64,000 bases of DNA from an uncultured Rhodobacteraceae bacterium (GCA_937883775.1 CAKZXZ010000178.1:22223-86222), one strand, 5' to 3'. Counted from the first letter of the stretch, positions 45,235-56,862 are shown. The notes: generated by a model from the sequence alone, not told the origin. Translations and numbers: made by a program.

Positions 45235-46386
45235 GTGAGGTTCGCCAGAATGTCTCCGCCTGATCCATCACCGCAGCGTCACGCAACCTGGTTCGAACTC
45301 TTGTTTGATCTGGCATTCGTCTTGGCAATCGCAGCCCTGGCGCGCGATCATGCGGCCAGTTTTACCGTCACTGGCGCCCTGCAATTCGCGCTCCAATTCC
45401 TGATTGTTTGGCACCTTTGGACGGCTCACGCTTTCTGGGCCAGCCGCTTCGATGCCGACCGCATCGACCAACATTTGCTCGGCTTTGGGAAGATATTCGC
45501 AGTCTTAGCCATCGCCTACGGCGTATCGGGCGGCACTTATGCGGCAGTGGCATTTGCCGTGGGATCAGCCGCGTTCAAGTTTTTGCTGGCACTCGCATAT
45601 TTCAGGGACGCGGCTCGCGCAGGCCAAAGAGATGTCGGAACAGCTTTCGGTCTGTTCTATTCCGTGCAAGGCGCGAGTTGGGCGGTTACCGCCTTTTTGC
45701 CCGACGCGTTTCTTGTTGTTGCTTGGGTGATCCTGGCAGCCACAGACTTTGCTGTCCCGCTGATATTGTCGAACCACAGCCGACGTGCCCCACCTCATCA
45801 CGAACATCTGCCGGAACGCTTCGGTCTCTTCACGATCATCCTTTTGGGCGAAACCTTCGCTTCCGCACTACATGGGCTGAGCCACAACGATGGCTTGAAC
45901 ACGAATGCGATCGTGCTGAGCCTCGCATGCGCCGGATATGCCTGCCTGTTCTGGATCGGCTACTTCCATCACGCTCGCAGCGCTTCCGCACGAACCGCCG
46001 CGGCATGGGAGGAGAAATCCATTCGTTGGTGGGTCTTCGCACATTTGCCATTCTATCTCGGCTTGGCAGGGCTCAGCGCTGGAACCATCGCGATGGTGGG
46101 CCATGCCCATCAGGACCCAGCAACGGCCTGGATGCAGGCGATCGCAGCGACTACCGCGATGGCGGGTCTTACGTTTATCGGATTGCTCTCACCTCAGAAT
46201 ATCATAAGGCGCAATACCGCTGGACAACACTTTTTGTTAGCAAGTGGTGCACTTGTACTGGCATGGCTTGAACCTGCGTTTGGCCTTGCATTCTTCGCTC
46301 TGGGACTTCTCGGTCTGCTAACCCTACAAGTGGCCATGGCGGCCTTTGCACATGCGCGCGCGGAAGGGTCATCCATGTCGAGATGA
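45235..46386 (+). CDS. LtrA (low temperature requirement A) family membrane protein
   Basis: ATWFELLFDLAFVLAIAAL N-terminal signature, then a polytopic membrane protein. Confidence 0.75.
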   Translation: MRFARMSPPDPSPQRHATWFELLFDLAFVLAIAALARDHAASFTVTGALQFALQFLIVWHLWTAHAFWASRFDADRIDQHLLGFGKIFAVLAIAYGVSGGTYAAVAFAVGSAAFKFLLALAYFRDAARAGQRDVGTAFGLFYSVQGASWAVTAFLPDAFLVVAWVILAATDFAVPLILSNHSRRAPPHHEHLPERFGLFTIILLGETFASALHGLSHNDGLNTNAIVLSLACAGYACLFWIGYFHHARSASARTAAAWEEKSIRWWVFAHLPFYLGLAGLSAGTIAMVGHAHQDPATAWMQAIAATTAMAGLTFIGLLSPQNIIRRNTAGQHFLLASGALVLAWLEPAFGLAFFALGLLGLLTLQVAMAAFAHARAEGSSMSR

Positions 46387-46535
46387 AAACATACCCAGTT
46401 GCGGCACCGTCGCCAAACCTTCTTGATCGTTGGTTTTCAAACGGAGACTATGAAGTCAACATTCGATCGGGGGGATGCGATTGCTCGTTCGTCGGATTGC
46501 AAATGGCATAAAGGCTCCTTCGAACTGTAACTTAG

Positions 46536-46865
46536 TTGAAGAAAACCATGATCCTTCTCATCAATCCGTTCACTGTAGTTGAAAACCGTGAGCCAGAGTT
46601 TCTGCGACTTTGGGATCAAACCAACGCGATTTTTCAATCATGCCCTGGCTACATCAGCGCGCGCCTTGCCAAGGCAAGCGAACGGCAGGCCCCCGGTCAA
46701 GCTGCGCCATTCACCCATGTCAATGTCGCGGAATGGTCGTCGCGGGACACATACGCCGCGGCACTCAAGAACGGTCAGCTCGGGCGTCTCGTCCCGCTCT
46801 ATGACGAGGTCAGCACATTCAGCCCAGCCCTTTATCATATCATCCGGGAGACGATCAGCGAGTGA
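46536..46865 (+). CDS. antibiotic-biosynthesis-monooxygenase (ABM/Dabb-fold) like protein
   Basis: About 105 aa. ILLINPFTV...FLRLWDQTNAIFQSCPGYISARL...VNVAEWSSRDTYAAAL. The ATG at 46548 is an alternative start. Confidence 0.6.
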   Translation: MKKTMILLINPFTVVENREPEFLRLWDQTNAIFQSCPGYISARLAKASERQAPGQAAPFTHVNVAEWSSRDTYAAALKNGQLGRLVPLYDEVSTFSPALYHIIRETISE

Positions 46866-46889
46866 CTTTGTGGAGTCAGGGCGTAGTCG

Positions 46890-47516
46890 TCACGACAACG
46901 GTAGGGCCAGCATCGTCGCGATCGTGAAGAGCGCAAAGACCAGACTGCCGGCGCCCGTCAGCAGATATCCCCCAAACGGTGCCGGCGTGTAGCGCGCGAT
47001 CGCTGAAAACAGCACCGTCAGAAGCATCGGGTTTGCTACCAGCCAAAAGACCGGGGCACCGCCAATGATGCCCGCAATGAAGATCGCGATGCTGGTCACC
47101 AACGCCACCGGGTTCAAGAAAAGTTGGATGCGGCGCTTTTCCTTGGCGGCCGCTTCGACGCTGTCGGGAAATTGGCGATAGGCGATATCATAGAAGATGT
47201 AGGTGATGTGATACACAAGCGAGTAGCTGATCGTCAAAGTCAGACCCACAAGTGTGACCGCGGCCCAAAGAGAGGGCGCGTCCCGTAGCAAATATGCAAC
47301 CGGAAACAGCACGCAAAGCCACATCGGGATCGCGATCATGCCGATGTAAACTCCAAGCCTAACCGATCGCGCGGGCTTTTGGGCGATCAGCTCCATCTTG
47401 ATGTCACGCCCGGCAACCGGGAAGCCGAGAAGCAGCCAATCGCCGACGGCGTTTAGCAACGCGCCTGCAAGGGCAAACCAGCCGAGGAAGACGAATTGTT
47501 GAAGGTCAATCAGCAT
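46890..47516 (-). CDS. hypothetical polytopic membrane protein
   Basis: 208 aa, about 6 hydrophobic helices, no named motif. Confidence 0.55.
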   Translation of the reverse strand: MLIDLQQFVFLGWFALAGALLNAVGDWLLLGFPVAGRDIKMELIAQKPARSVRLGVYIGMIAIPMWLCVLFPVAYLLRDAPSLWAAVTLVGLTLTISYSLVYHITYIFYDIAYRQFPDSVEAAAKEKRRIQLFLNPVALVTSIAIFIAGIIGGAPVFWLVANPMLLTVLFSAIARYTPAPFGGYLLTGAGSLVFALFTIATMLALPLS

Positions 47517-47699
47517 GGCACGAATCCTTCACGACGCGGCGTCAGGTGGTGGATACAGAAGTCACTATTCATTAGGGAAATACTCAGGCTGGTTTTGAGC
47601 TCTTTTTCGATAGATCTAGTAAAACATGAATTCAAGGAACGTTGTGAGAGTGCAATCGTCATACACCTAAGGCGGAGGTGTAGATATGTCGGACCTTGT

Positions 47700-48094
47700 G
47701 GGACACATCCATTAATCTTCTATTTTGAGAAGGAGGATGTCTCCAATGAACCAGGATGAACGGGAGATACGCCGTAAAGGGGGCTCCGAAAGCCATCGGC
47801 ATCGCGGCGGCGGCCAGATAGCTTTCGGCGGCGGGGATCGGTGCCCACAGGTGTTCATCGACGACAAGGATTTCGGCGAAAGCGCCGTGATCTGCCGCGC
47901 ACGTAACGAAAAGGGGGCTGCGGCGTGCGCTGATGGGTCCCCGACACCGCCATGCGGTTGGCCGCGTTGACGCCCGCACAATACACCTTGATCCGAAATT
48001 GATGTCTGGCAAACGGCTTGCTCTCCAATTCTCCAAGCGCGACATCAGAGGGTCCGCCGAACGAATGAGCGATGATGGCGGAGTAGCGGCTCAT
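47700..48094 (-). pseudogene. fragmented MDR/quinone oxidoreductase
   Basis: MSRYSAIIAHSFGGPSDVALGELESKPFARHQFRIKVYCAGVNAANRMAV (ORF 47855..48094) continues in another frame as ..GAFAEILVVDEHLWAPIPAAESYLAAAAMPMAFG.. (ORF 47659..48045), then degenerates. Confidence 0.5.
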
Positions 48095-48420
48095 GTTATC
48101 GATTGCTTCGAACGGGCCGCGAGCGCGATGAGGCCATGGCCTTCAAGCGCCAAACCCAGCTCCGCAAAGTCAGTCATTCGCCGCCTGACGGCTTGGTTCA
48201 ATGCGAGCTTGGTGTAGCGGAGAACATGCACGGGACGCTTTGCGAGATCGTCCGCAAGTTCGCGGGCGCGCGAGAGCGCTGTGTCATGGGGCACGACCTC
48301 GCCAACGACACCGAGCCTCAGCGCATCCCGGGCGCCCAAAACTTGACCGGTCAACAAGAAATGCTTGGCGCGCACCGGACCCAATAACTCGAACCAAAGA
48401 CCCTGGATGCCGTCACCGGG
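48091..48420 (-). pseudogene. C-terminal fragment of enoyl-CoA hydratase/isomerase
   Basis: ..LLGPVRAKHFLLTGQVLGARDALRLGVVGEVVPHDTALSRARELADDLAKRPVHVLRYTKLALNQ. No N-terminal half is present. Confidence 0.5.
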
Positions 48421-48871
48421 CACGACGCTTGCAGGGAAATGGCGACGGGAGGTGCGGTCGTAAGCGGAGCGCGGCCAGGCGCCGTTTATCGTAGTACAAT
48501 GGCGAAGGAATAGTTCGCATTTCCATCGCGCATGGCCCAACATCACCCTCAATATCAGTCGGACCGCGATCCATCACGACATGCCGACCATCGGACAGAA
48601 CCTTGTGCCCGTTCGGTGTGACCATCGAGGTACTCCAGACCGAGAACTCTCCGTCTGGCGAGACTAGGAGAACCTGTCCCGCGAAAGGCAGAGACAAGAA
48701 CAGCCGACCTTGCTGGTCGAATGCGACGCCCTCACCGAAGCTCGGTATCTCCGCATGAACCACAACCGCTGAAGGCGCTGGACTGCTCAACGCTGGTTCG
48801 TCGCCAGCCTTGACCTGACTATCCAAGAGCAGACCGAGTGAGAGACACACCAGACCTAGGAAGGGGCGCAT
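48413..48871 (-). pseudogene. N-terminal fragment of SMP-30/gluconolactonase-like secreted protein
   Basis: Signal peptide plus ..FGEGVAFDQQGRLFLSLPFAGQVLLVSPDGEFSVWST..NGHKVLSDGRHVVMDRG, then nonsense sequence. Confidence 0.45.
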
Positions 48872-48882
48872 GGCGTCCTACC

Positions 48883-49833
48883 TCAACCCGTGTAACGCGC
48901 TGCCGCTCCGGCAGACACGTCGATTGAGGAACCTGTGATCATCGCTGCGGCCGGTGAGGCGAGGAAAACAGCCGATCCCGCAATATCTTCCGGCTGCAGA
49001 AGTCCGACATCGAGCTGGTGATAGTTCGCAGCTAGCCATTCGTTAGACCCGTCGATCTGCTCTTGCGTTCTGGGGCCACCGAACCCCGTTTGAACGGCTG
49101 TAGGCGAAACGGCGTTGACCGTGATGCCGCTCTTGCCGACCTCGATTGCCAGAGACTTCATCATGCCCATCGTGGCCCACTTTGACGCGATATAGGCTGG
49201 ATTGGACGCATTACCCTGACGCCCGAAAGTTGAACTGATCAGGATCACGCGACCAGCACCTCTTTCCGCCATGGCAGGGACGGTCGCCCGCAGTGTCGCC
49301 GCGGTGCCTTTCACATTCACGTCTGTCAGCACTTCCCAGTGCTGTTCCCATGCCGCCTCATCTTCAGTCAGAAAGCCGGCATTTGTGTTTACGCCGGCAT
49401 TTGCAACCACGATCCCTACTGGTCCGAGAGCGGCCTCCGCCTCGGCCACGGCGGCCCGTTGTGCTTCAAGGCTGCGGATGTCTCCCGCAAAGGACATGAA
49501 ACCGACACCCGCGGCCTCCACACCGGCCCTGGTTTCAGCCATGTCTGCCGGTGTCGCCATCGGAATTGGGAAACCGGGCAAATCTTCCAGTACGTCATAT
49601 GCAACCACGTTGGCTCCCGCTTCTGCCATTCCAACAGCAATCGCGCGTCCGATGCCCCGCGCGGCACCTGTGATGAACACGGTTTGACCGGCAAGCACCC
49701 CGGCGGCTTCGCTTTGTTGAGCAGACGCGGCAGTTGCGCCCAAGCTCATGGCAGCAGCGCCAGTCGCGATTGCAGCGCCTCCGGCGAGCGCAGCGCGTCT
49801 TGTCGGATCTTGCGGAGAATTTTCGTCGATCAT
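48883..49833 (-). CDS. SDR-family oxidoreductase with twin-arginine (Tat) signal peptide
   Basis: ATG 49833 with an AGGAAAGGA SD. TRRAALAGGAAIATGAAAMSLGATAASAQ, then VFITGAARGIGRAIA (Rossmann). YIASK active-site region. Confidence 0.8.
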   Translation of the reverse strand: MIDENSPQDPTRRAALAGGAAIATGAAAMSLGATAASAQQSEAAGVLAGQTVFITGAARGIGRAIAVGMAEAGANVVAYDVLEDLPGFPIPMATPADMAETRAGVEAAGVGFMSFAGDIRSLEAQRAAVAEAEAALGPVGIVVANAGVNTNAGFLTEDEAAWEQHWEVLTDVNVKGTAATLRATVPAMAERGAGRVILISSTFGRQGNASNPAYIASKWATMGMMKSLAIEVGKSGITVNAVSPTAVQTGFGGPRTQEQIDGSNEWLAANYHQLDVGLLQPEDIAGSAVFLASPAAAMITGSSIDVSAGAAARYTG

Positions 49834-49875
49834 CTCGTTTCCTTTCCTGTTGAGATCGTGAGGGTTTTGCGCCAC

Positions 49876-51030
<1,155 letters not shown>

Positions 51031-51071
51031 GCTAGTACTCCTGTCTTCTCTTGTTCTTTGGTTTGGCTCCC

Positions 51072-52052
51072 TCAGCCGCGAGGCGGCGCGAATGGGCCGG
51101 TCAACATGCCCATGGTGACGTCGAGGTCGGTGCCCTGAAGCGAGGATGCCGCGTCGGTGGCCAAAAACATGACCATGTCGGCCATCTCTTCAGGCGTGTT
51201 GGTGCGATGGCTCATGTTCGGTGCTTGCGCCGCATCAGGGTCCATCCCTTGCGCCTCAATCGACGCGCGGCGCATCGGCGTATCGACCCCGCCTGGCGCG
51301 ATGCCAACGATGCGGATGCCAAGCCTGCCATAGTCGTTCGCGCCGCCTCGTGTCAGCCCAAGCACCCCATGCTTGCTAACCGAATAGGGTCCGATCCCGG
51401 CAAACCCACCATGGGCTGAGACCGACGAATTGTTCACGATCACGCCGCGCAGGCCAAAGCGGCCCCACGGCTCGTTTTGCAGCATCGACGGCAGCTCGTG
51501 TTTCATCGAAAGGAACAGGCCGCGCGTATTGGTGGCCCATACATCGTCAAAATCCGCTGTCTCGATATCCGCAAGCGGCGCATTGCCGGTGAGCGAGCCG
51601 CGCCCAAACACAACGCCCGCATTATTGAAGGCGACGTGGATGTCACCAAAGGCTTCGCGCGCCGAGGCGACGAAACGGATGATCTGTTCTTCCTCGCGTA
51701 CGTCGGACTGAACATAGAGAGAGCGGCCGCCTGCATCGCGCGTGGTCTCATCGGAATTGATCGAGGCTTCGACGGAGCGCCCCAGTTCAGCCCGGCGACC
51801 ATTGAAGGCCACGTTTGCACCCTCGCGAGCAAAGGCTCGCGCTGTTGCTTCACCGATGCCCGACGTGGCCCCGGTGATCAGCACATGTCGGCGCGCGAAA
51901 CGACCTTCTGCCACGGTGCCCTGCGCCGACGCTGATCCTGGCACCAGACCTGCCGTTATTGATGCACCGACTGCTGCGGCCCCACCAAGAACCGCTCTCC
52001 TCGACGTGTTGATTTCGTTGTCTGGTTCAACGGATGCCTTATCATCGACCAT
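51072..52052 (-). CDS. SDR-family oxidoreductase with Tat signal peptide
   Basis: ATG 52052 with an AAAGGAAAAG SD. SRRAVLGGAAAVGASITAGLVPGSASAQ, then VLITGATSGIGEATA. YSVSK active site. Confidence 0.8.
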   Translation of the reverse strand: MVDDKASVEPDNEINTSRRAVLGGAAAVGASITAGLVPGSASAQGTVAEGRFARRHVLITGATSGIGEATARAFAREGANVAFNGRRAELGRSVEASINSDETTRDAGGRSLYVQSDVREEEQIIRFVASAREAFGDIHVAFNNAGVVFGRGSLTGNAPLADIETADFDDVWATNTRGLFLSMKHELPSMLQNEPWGRFGLRGVIVNNSSVSAHGGFAGIGPYSVSKHGVLGLTRGGANDYGRLGIRIVGIAPGGVDTPMRRASIEAQGMDPDAAQAPNMSHRTNTPEEMADMVMFLATDAASSLQGTDLDVTMGMLTGPFAPPRG

Positions 52053-52078
52053 GGTCTTTTCCTTTCTGAGTTTTGTTT

Positions 52079-52774
52079 TCACCAAGCGATCGGTTTACCG
52101 TCCCGAAAGAAGCCTGAAGTTGGTCCGTCTTTGGGAAGCGTTGCTGCCCAGACAATACCGGCAGCACCTTCTGCGACCGGCCTGCCGCCGCCGCCCATGT
52201 CCGTTGCGACCCAGCCGGGACAAATGGCATTGACCAGCGTGCCCTGAGGTTTGAGATCAGCCGCAAGTTGACGTGTCAGCGCGTTCAGTGCAGCTTTTGA
52301 CGTCGAATAGCCTGGCGTTCCTGCGCCCATGTCAAAGATTGACCCCGCGCCGGATGATACATTTACGATGGTTGAGTGTTGCTGCTCGGCAAGTAGCGGC
52401 GCAGCCGCAATTGACACACACCAGGCACCGAAAAAGTTCGTCTCGAAAATACCTCTCACGCGATTGAGATCAGCCGTCGCAACCCTCTGGTCGTTGTCAT
52501 AGTCGGCCCCGGCATTGTTGATGAGCGCGGACAAACCGTCTCCGGAAAGGCCCAGATCTTCGAATGCGACCTCAACGCTCTCGAACGAATGGACGTCAAT
52601 CTCAATCGGTCGCGCCATGTTGCCGAGTGAATGGCTCGCAACATCGGCCTTCTCCTGAGAGCGGGCAGACACCCAGACTGTCCAGCCCTCCTCAATCAGT
52701 TGCCGGGCCGTCTCGTATCCCAGGCCCCGATTGGCGCCTGTCACGAGGGCTGTTTTGATTGCGTCCGACGCCAT
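52079..52774 (-). CDS. SDR-family oxidoreductase (no signal peptide)
   Basis: ALVTGANRGLGYETARQL and YSTSKAALN. The start overlaps the upstream stop by 1 nt. Confidence 0.85.
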   Translation of the reverse strand: MASDAIKTALVTGANRGLGYETARQLIEEGWTVWVSARSQEKADVASHSLGNMARPIEIDVHSFESVEVAFEDLGLSGDGLSALINNAGADYDNDQRVATADLNRVRGIFETNFFGAWCVSIAAAPLLAEQQHSTIVNVSSGAGSIFDMGAGTPGYSTSKAALNALTRQLAADLKPQGTLVNAICPGWVATDMGGGGRPVAEGAAGIVWAATLPKDGPTSGFFRDGKPIAW

Positions 52775-53718
52775 CAGTCCGCCTCGCCGATAGCAAACGC
52801 GAATTGGAACGCGCGCGGATCGTAGTATTCACGGAACAACGTGATTTTTCCGGCCTCGTTAACATGAAAGAGACCACCGTAAATCTGGCGATACTCCCGA
52901 CCCGTGGGGACGATGTCGACGCGCCCACGAAACTCAACGAATACGGTTTGCGGATCACGCATGGGATAAAAGACAAGATGATCGGTGAAGTTCGGATTTC
53001 GTGCGTTGTCTGGCCAAGCGGCATAGAGTGCGATCAGTGCATCACGACCACTGACGCGGCGCGGTGTGCCTGCTGTGTTGAACGGCATGTCCTGCACCGC
53101 ATCTTCGGCCCAGACGCCATTCACTCGCTCCATGTCTTTGTCTTCGAGCCCTTCAAGAAAATCGAGCACCGCCTGACGCGTGCGCTGACGCGCGACATAC
53201 GAGGGTGGAGATGCGGCCGCAGCGGCCATCGCCGGCACAAAAACATCCCGCGAGCCGGTTTCTTCTTCGAGCGTGAAGGTCATCGAAGTGATGCGCCAAC
53301 CTTCTTCGTCGCGAATGAGTTCGTAGTCGTAGTGTCCCTTGACCTCCCAATAGGCGGTATCAATCCAATGGCCGGCGACGACATCGGCGCGAGCCGTGGC
53401 GTGATCGCCCGAAACTTTTGCCGCAACGTTCGACAGGGCATGACGCGTTCGGTCGAACCCAGGGAGCGTCGCCGACCATTCGGTCATAAGCGATGTAGGG
53501 CTCCTGAGTTCTGCTGGCTGGCCGGACAGTGACGAGTAGTCCACCATCACTTCATCCGCATAGAGCCTTTCCAGTGCCTCGAAATTACGCGTATCCGCGA
53601 GGATGACGACGCTCTCGACAATCGTTTCTATTGCGGCTTCGTCTGCCGAGCTGGCCTGGGCCGGTAATGCGGCGCTGGCGGCGATGGTCATCATCAATGC
53701 TCCTAAGATGCTTTTCAT
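52774..53718 (-). CDS. secreted protein with two NTF2/SnoaL-like domains
   Basis: Sec-type signal MKSILGALMMTIAASAALPAQA. Two repeats follow the pattern ..FEALERLYADEVMVDY.. and ..VNGVWAEDAVQDMPF.. Confidence 0.7.
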   Translation of the reverse strand: MKSILGALMMTIAASAALPAQASSADEAAIETIVESVVILADTRNFEALERLYADEVMVDYSSLSGQPAELRSPTSLMTEWSATLPGFDRTRHALSNVAAKVSGDHATARADVVAGHWIDTAYWEVKGHYDYELIRDEEGWRITSMTFTLEEETGSRDVFVPAMAAAAASPPSYVARQRTRQAVLDFLEGLEDKDMERVNGVWAEDAVQDMPFNTAGTPRRVSGRDALIALYAAWPDNARNPNFTDHLVFYPMRDPQTVFVEFRGRVDIVPTGREYRQIYGGLFHVNEAGKITLFREYYDPRAFQFAFAIGEAD

Positions 53719-53729
53719 GCGAACCGGTC

Positions 53730-54695
53730 CTATTGCAGGGTTTTCGCGAAATGTTCTGCGACCGCGTCGCTGGCGGTCGAGACCGCCGTCGCATCGTCGT
53801 AGAAATCGAACTGAGTGACGTCGTCGAGCCAGCGTTCGGCTCGAGGGCCAGCCAACAGCGCGCAGAAGGTGTGAGCACCCTCGGGGATGGCTGCAGCCTC
53901 CGAATGGACGATTTGCACTGGCGTTTCGGCCAGCGTCGGCGCCAGGGCAATCGCGTCATAGGTCAGCCAAGGCTCCCAAGAAGCCAGGTTGAACTCATTT
54001 ATGTATTCGGGGATCAGGCCGCGGTCGCGCTCTGTGTAATATGGCGCCTGATACATGATCGCCGTGTCATCGGTGACGCTCGCGGCCGGCACCATCCGCT
54101 GCTCGCCCGATTGCTCGAACGCAGTGTCTGCATCTCGACTGCTCGCGATCAGGCGTGAAACCGCATCGCTGCCGCCATAAGTCGCCTCAACGATCTCGCG
54201 ACTGTGCAGCCAAGGCGCAACAAGGGCGAGCGAGCGGATATTCACAGAGCGCGCCGTCGCATCGGCCACGTAACCCGAGCTCGCACAAATCCCAAGCCCG
54301 CCGATGCGCGTTGGATCAATTTCGGGGCGCGTCGCCAAATAAGCCGCTGCGGCGACGATGTCCTGCGTCTTACGCTCAGGATGCTCATATTGTCGCCGTT
54401 CGCCTTCGGACTGTCCCCAGCCGCGAAAATCGAACGTCATCGCGGCATAGCCGCGGTCGGCCATTTCAGCCGCGTAGACGCGCGCCATCTGCTCTTTGAC
54501 GGTCGTCCAGGCGCCAGTGACGATAACAACCGGAAGCCTGTCCCCGTCCTGATAGTCTTCGGGCAGATAGAGATCACCAATGAGACGGTCGCCACTGCTC
54601 TCGAACACGACGCGCTTGGATACCGCAGCCTCTGCCGTTCCGCCTAATGAAACAGCCATTTCGCCGACTGCAACTGACATGGATTTGAGTGACAT
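53730..54695 (-). CDS. alpha/beta hydrolase fold protein
   Basis: LPVVIVTGAWTTVKEQ...FDFRGWGQSEG...GGLGICASSGY (nucleophile elbow region). First gene of the operon. Confidence 0.7.
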   Translation of the reverse strand: MSLKSMSVAVGEMAVSLGGTAEAAVSKRVVFESSGDRLIGDLYLPEDYQDGDRLPVVIVTGAWTTVKEQMARVYAAEMADRGYAAMTFDFRGWGQSEGERRQYEHPERKTQDIVAAAAYLATRPEIDPTRIGGLGICASSGYVADATARSVNIRSLALVAPWLHSREIVEATYGGSDAVSRLIASSRDADTAFEQSGEQRMVPAASVTDDTAIMYQAPYYTERDRGLIPEYINEFNLASWEPWLTYDAIALAPTLAETPVQIVHSEAAAIPEGAHTFCALLAGPRAERWLDDVTQFDFYDDATAVSTASDAVAEHFAKTLQ

Positions 54696-54803
54696 ATCGC
54701 TCTCCTTCTGTCTGAAACAGATTAGGAGAAAGAGGCAGATTGCTCTTGCCGATGCCTCGGATGTTTTTGAACAATCCTGCTATCTTTGAACGAACGCGGC
54801 AAC

Positions 54804-55683
54804 TCAGGATGCGCTTTTTTGGAGGCTCTTGCGATAAGCGTTCGGAGTCTGGCCGGCAACACGCAAGAGCGTGCGCGAAAAATGCGGTTGGTCAGCGAAA
54901 CCGCAAGCCAGGGCAATGTCTATCATCGGCCGGTCGGGAATTGACAGCATCTCCCGGAGGCGTTCGATCCTAAAGCTCGTCAGATACTGATGTGGCGTTT
55001 CCCAGATGATTTCCTTGAACAGCCGCGAGAAGTGCGCCGCGCCCATTTCAGCCAGACGCGCAATCTCCTCTACAGAAATCGCATTACCATAGTTGGCGGG
55101 GAGATAGTCGAGCACCCGTCTGTAATGTCCCGCTGTAAATCCCGCTCCAAAGTCTCGCGCCGCACTGAGTTCATTGCCATAAGACTGAAAAAGTTTCACA
55201 ACAAAGACGCGCGCAAGCGACTCATACATCACCTCATAGCCGGGTCGGCTATCTTCCAGCACACATAGCAGCGTCATCGCAGCGGCGGTGAGATCTTCAT
55301 CTTCGAACTGTGGGTGGTCGCGAAGCTGTCTCTCCGTCCACAAAAGTTCGAGTTCTTGCTTACTGAAGCGATCAAGCGCTTCTGGCGATATCGTAACGAC
55401 GATGCATCGCGACGTGCCGTGCCACCGCCAACCGCTTTCGACGCCTGTTGCGTCACGACGACCTCATTCTTTCGGAAGGTGAAGTCGCGATGTGTCCCGT
55501 CACGCCAGTTTTCGACGCGGTGGCTCGTCCCGCAGATCGAACAGGATGCGGTGCTCGTCGAAAACAAGCGTGGGCATGTTCGCCGGTTCGGCCTCGAAAT
55601 ATTCGAGGCCGAGGATATCGGCGGCACGAAGTCGGTGCTGCGGATGTGCGGCGTTGAAGGGATATGTTTTGGTAGCGGTTCAT
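54804..55683 (-). pseudogene. AraC-family regulator with multiple frameshifts
   Basis: The C-terminal HTH half is intact (ORF 54804..55343). The N-terminal domain is readable only by hopping frames: ..TKTYPFNAAHPQHRLRAADILGLEYFEAEPANMPTLVFDEHRILFDLRDEPP / RVENWRDGTHRDFTFRKNEVVVT / ..IVVTISPEALDRFSKQELELLWTERQ. Confidence 0.55.
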
Positions 55684-55704
55684 GAGGCCGCCAGTCCCGC
55701 CGTG

Positions 55705-56601
55705 TCAGCGGCTCGCATCGCGGATATGGCCGGGTGTTGCGCCGAAATGCTTGGAGATCGCTCGGGTGAAGTGCGCCTGACTGGAGAAGCCGCAGCGGAA
55801 CGCAATCTCGATCAGCGGCAAATGCGTGGCGACCAGCATCTCCTTCACCCGAACACAGCGCCGCTCTTGCACATAGGCCCAGACGGGCGTGCCTACCGTC
55901 GCCTTAAAAATACGCGAGAAATGCGCTGGTGACAGGCAGGCTATACCGGCCAGCGTGCCAATATCGAAGGGTTCACCAATATGTGCCTCCACATAGTCGA
56001 TCACCCGCGCAATCCGCTCATCCTCGGGCCGTGCGCCGCCAAGCGGTGCCAGACCGCTCGCGTGCGTCATTACCGCAAGGAACTGCATTGCCAAACCGTC
56101 GACATAGAGATTGGCTGCAGGACCGGCGTCCGAAGTCGCGTGCCATATCCGGTCCATGAGAGAGGACGCCGCGACATTGTCCGACATCTTCGAGCAATAA
56201 CTGTCCAGAGACGAGAGGCTGCCACCCGCCTCTGCCATCAGGTCAGCGACCTTGTTACGATTAAGCGTGAGGATCGTAATACAGTGCGGAACTTCGACCC
56301 GGGTGCGCGCCTCGACGTCCGCAGGGTAATACACCAACGTCTTTCGATGGCCTTGCGATACGCTGACCCCGTCACCTAGGTCGAAGAGCACGTCGCCTAG
56401 ATCGTGCTCAGTACGCGCGAAAACGAGGTCAGGTACGGCCACATCAACAATGTCTATCGGCTCTTGATTAACATGCACCATGTGGAGACCGAATGAGCCG
56501 GATGATCGATGCTCCTGCGGAAACGCCGCGTACACCGAATTCTGGTAGAATTCGGTGTAGTTTGAATAGTCTCTTTCATATTCGGCGTGTTGTGTTTGCA
56601 T
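55705..56601 (-). CDS. AraC-family transcriptional regulator
   Basis: 298 aa. C-terminal ..IACLSPAHFSRIFKATVGTPVWAYVQERRCVRVKEMLVATHLPLIEIAFRCGFSSQAHFTRAISKHFGATPG. Confidence 0.8.
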   Translation of the reverse strand: MQTQHAEYERDYSNYTEFYQNSVYAAFPQEHRSSGSFGLHMVHVNQEPIDIVDVAVPDLVFARTEHDLGDVLFDLGDGVSVSQGHRKTLVYYPADVEARTRVEVPHCITILTLNRNKVADLMAEAGGSLSSLDSYCSKMSDNVAASSLMDRIWHATSDAGPAANLYVDGLAMQFLAVMTHASGLAPLGGARPEDERIARVIDYVEAHIGEPFDIGTLAGIACLSPAHFSRIFKATVGTPVWAYVQERRCVRVKEMLVATHLPLIEIAFRCGFSSQAHFTRAISKHFGATPGHIRDASR

Positions 56602-56842
56602 TCCGTTCTTCTCTAACCAGACGAGCGTCTGTGAGGGTGTCGGGTTTCAAGAACTGCTGCGGAACGGACAATTCTCCTCTGTGAATATAGTGAAAAGGGT
56701 TGTTTTTGCAAAGGAGCAGTGGCGAAATGCGCGTATTTTGCAAGAGAATGGTCGGATCCTACACAGCTCGCCCTTGGCAGCAGTGCAGCAAAGAAGGTGT
56801 CAACGCGACGCCTAGATAGGACCGAAAGGCGCATTCCGCTCT

Positions 56843-56862
56843 GCGTAAGCAGCGCGTAAGCA
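56843..56862. repeat. GCGTAAGCA x2 (left arm of inverted repeat bracketing tRNA-Arg)
   Basis: GCGTAAGCA at 56843-56851 and 56854-56862. The reverse complements TGCTTACGC lie at 57005-57013 and 57016-57024. Confidence 0.6.
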
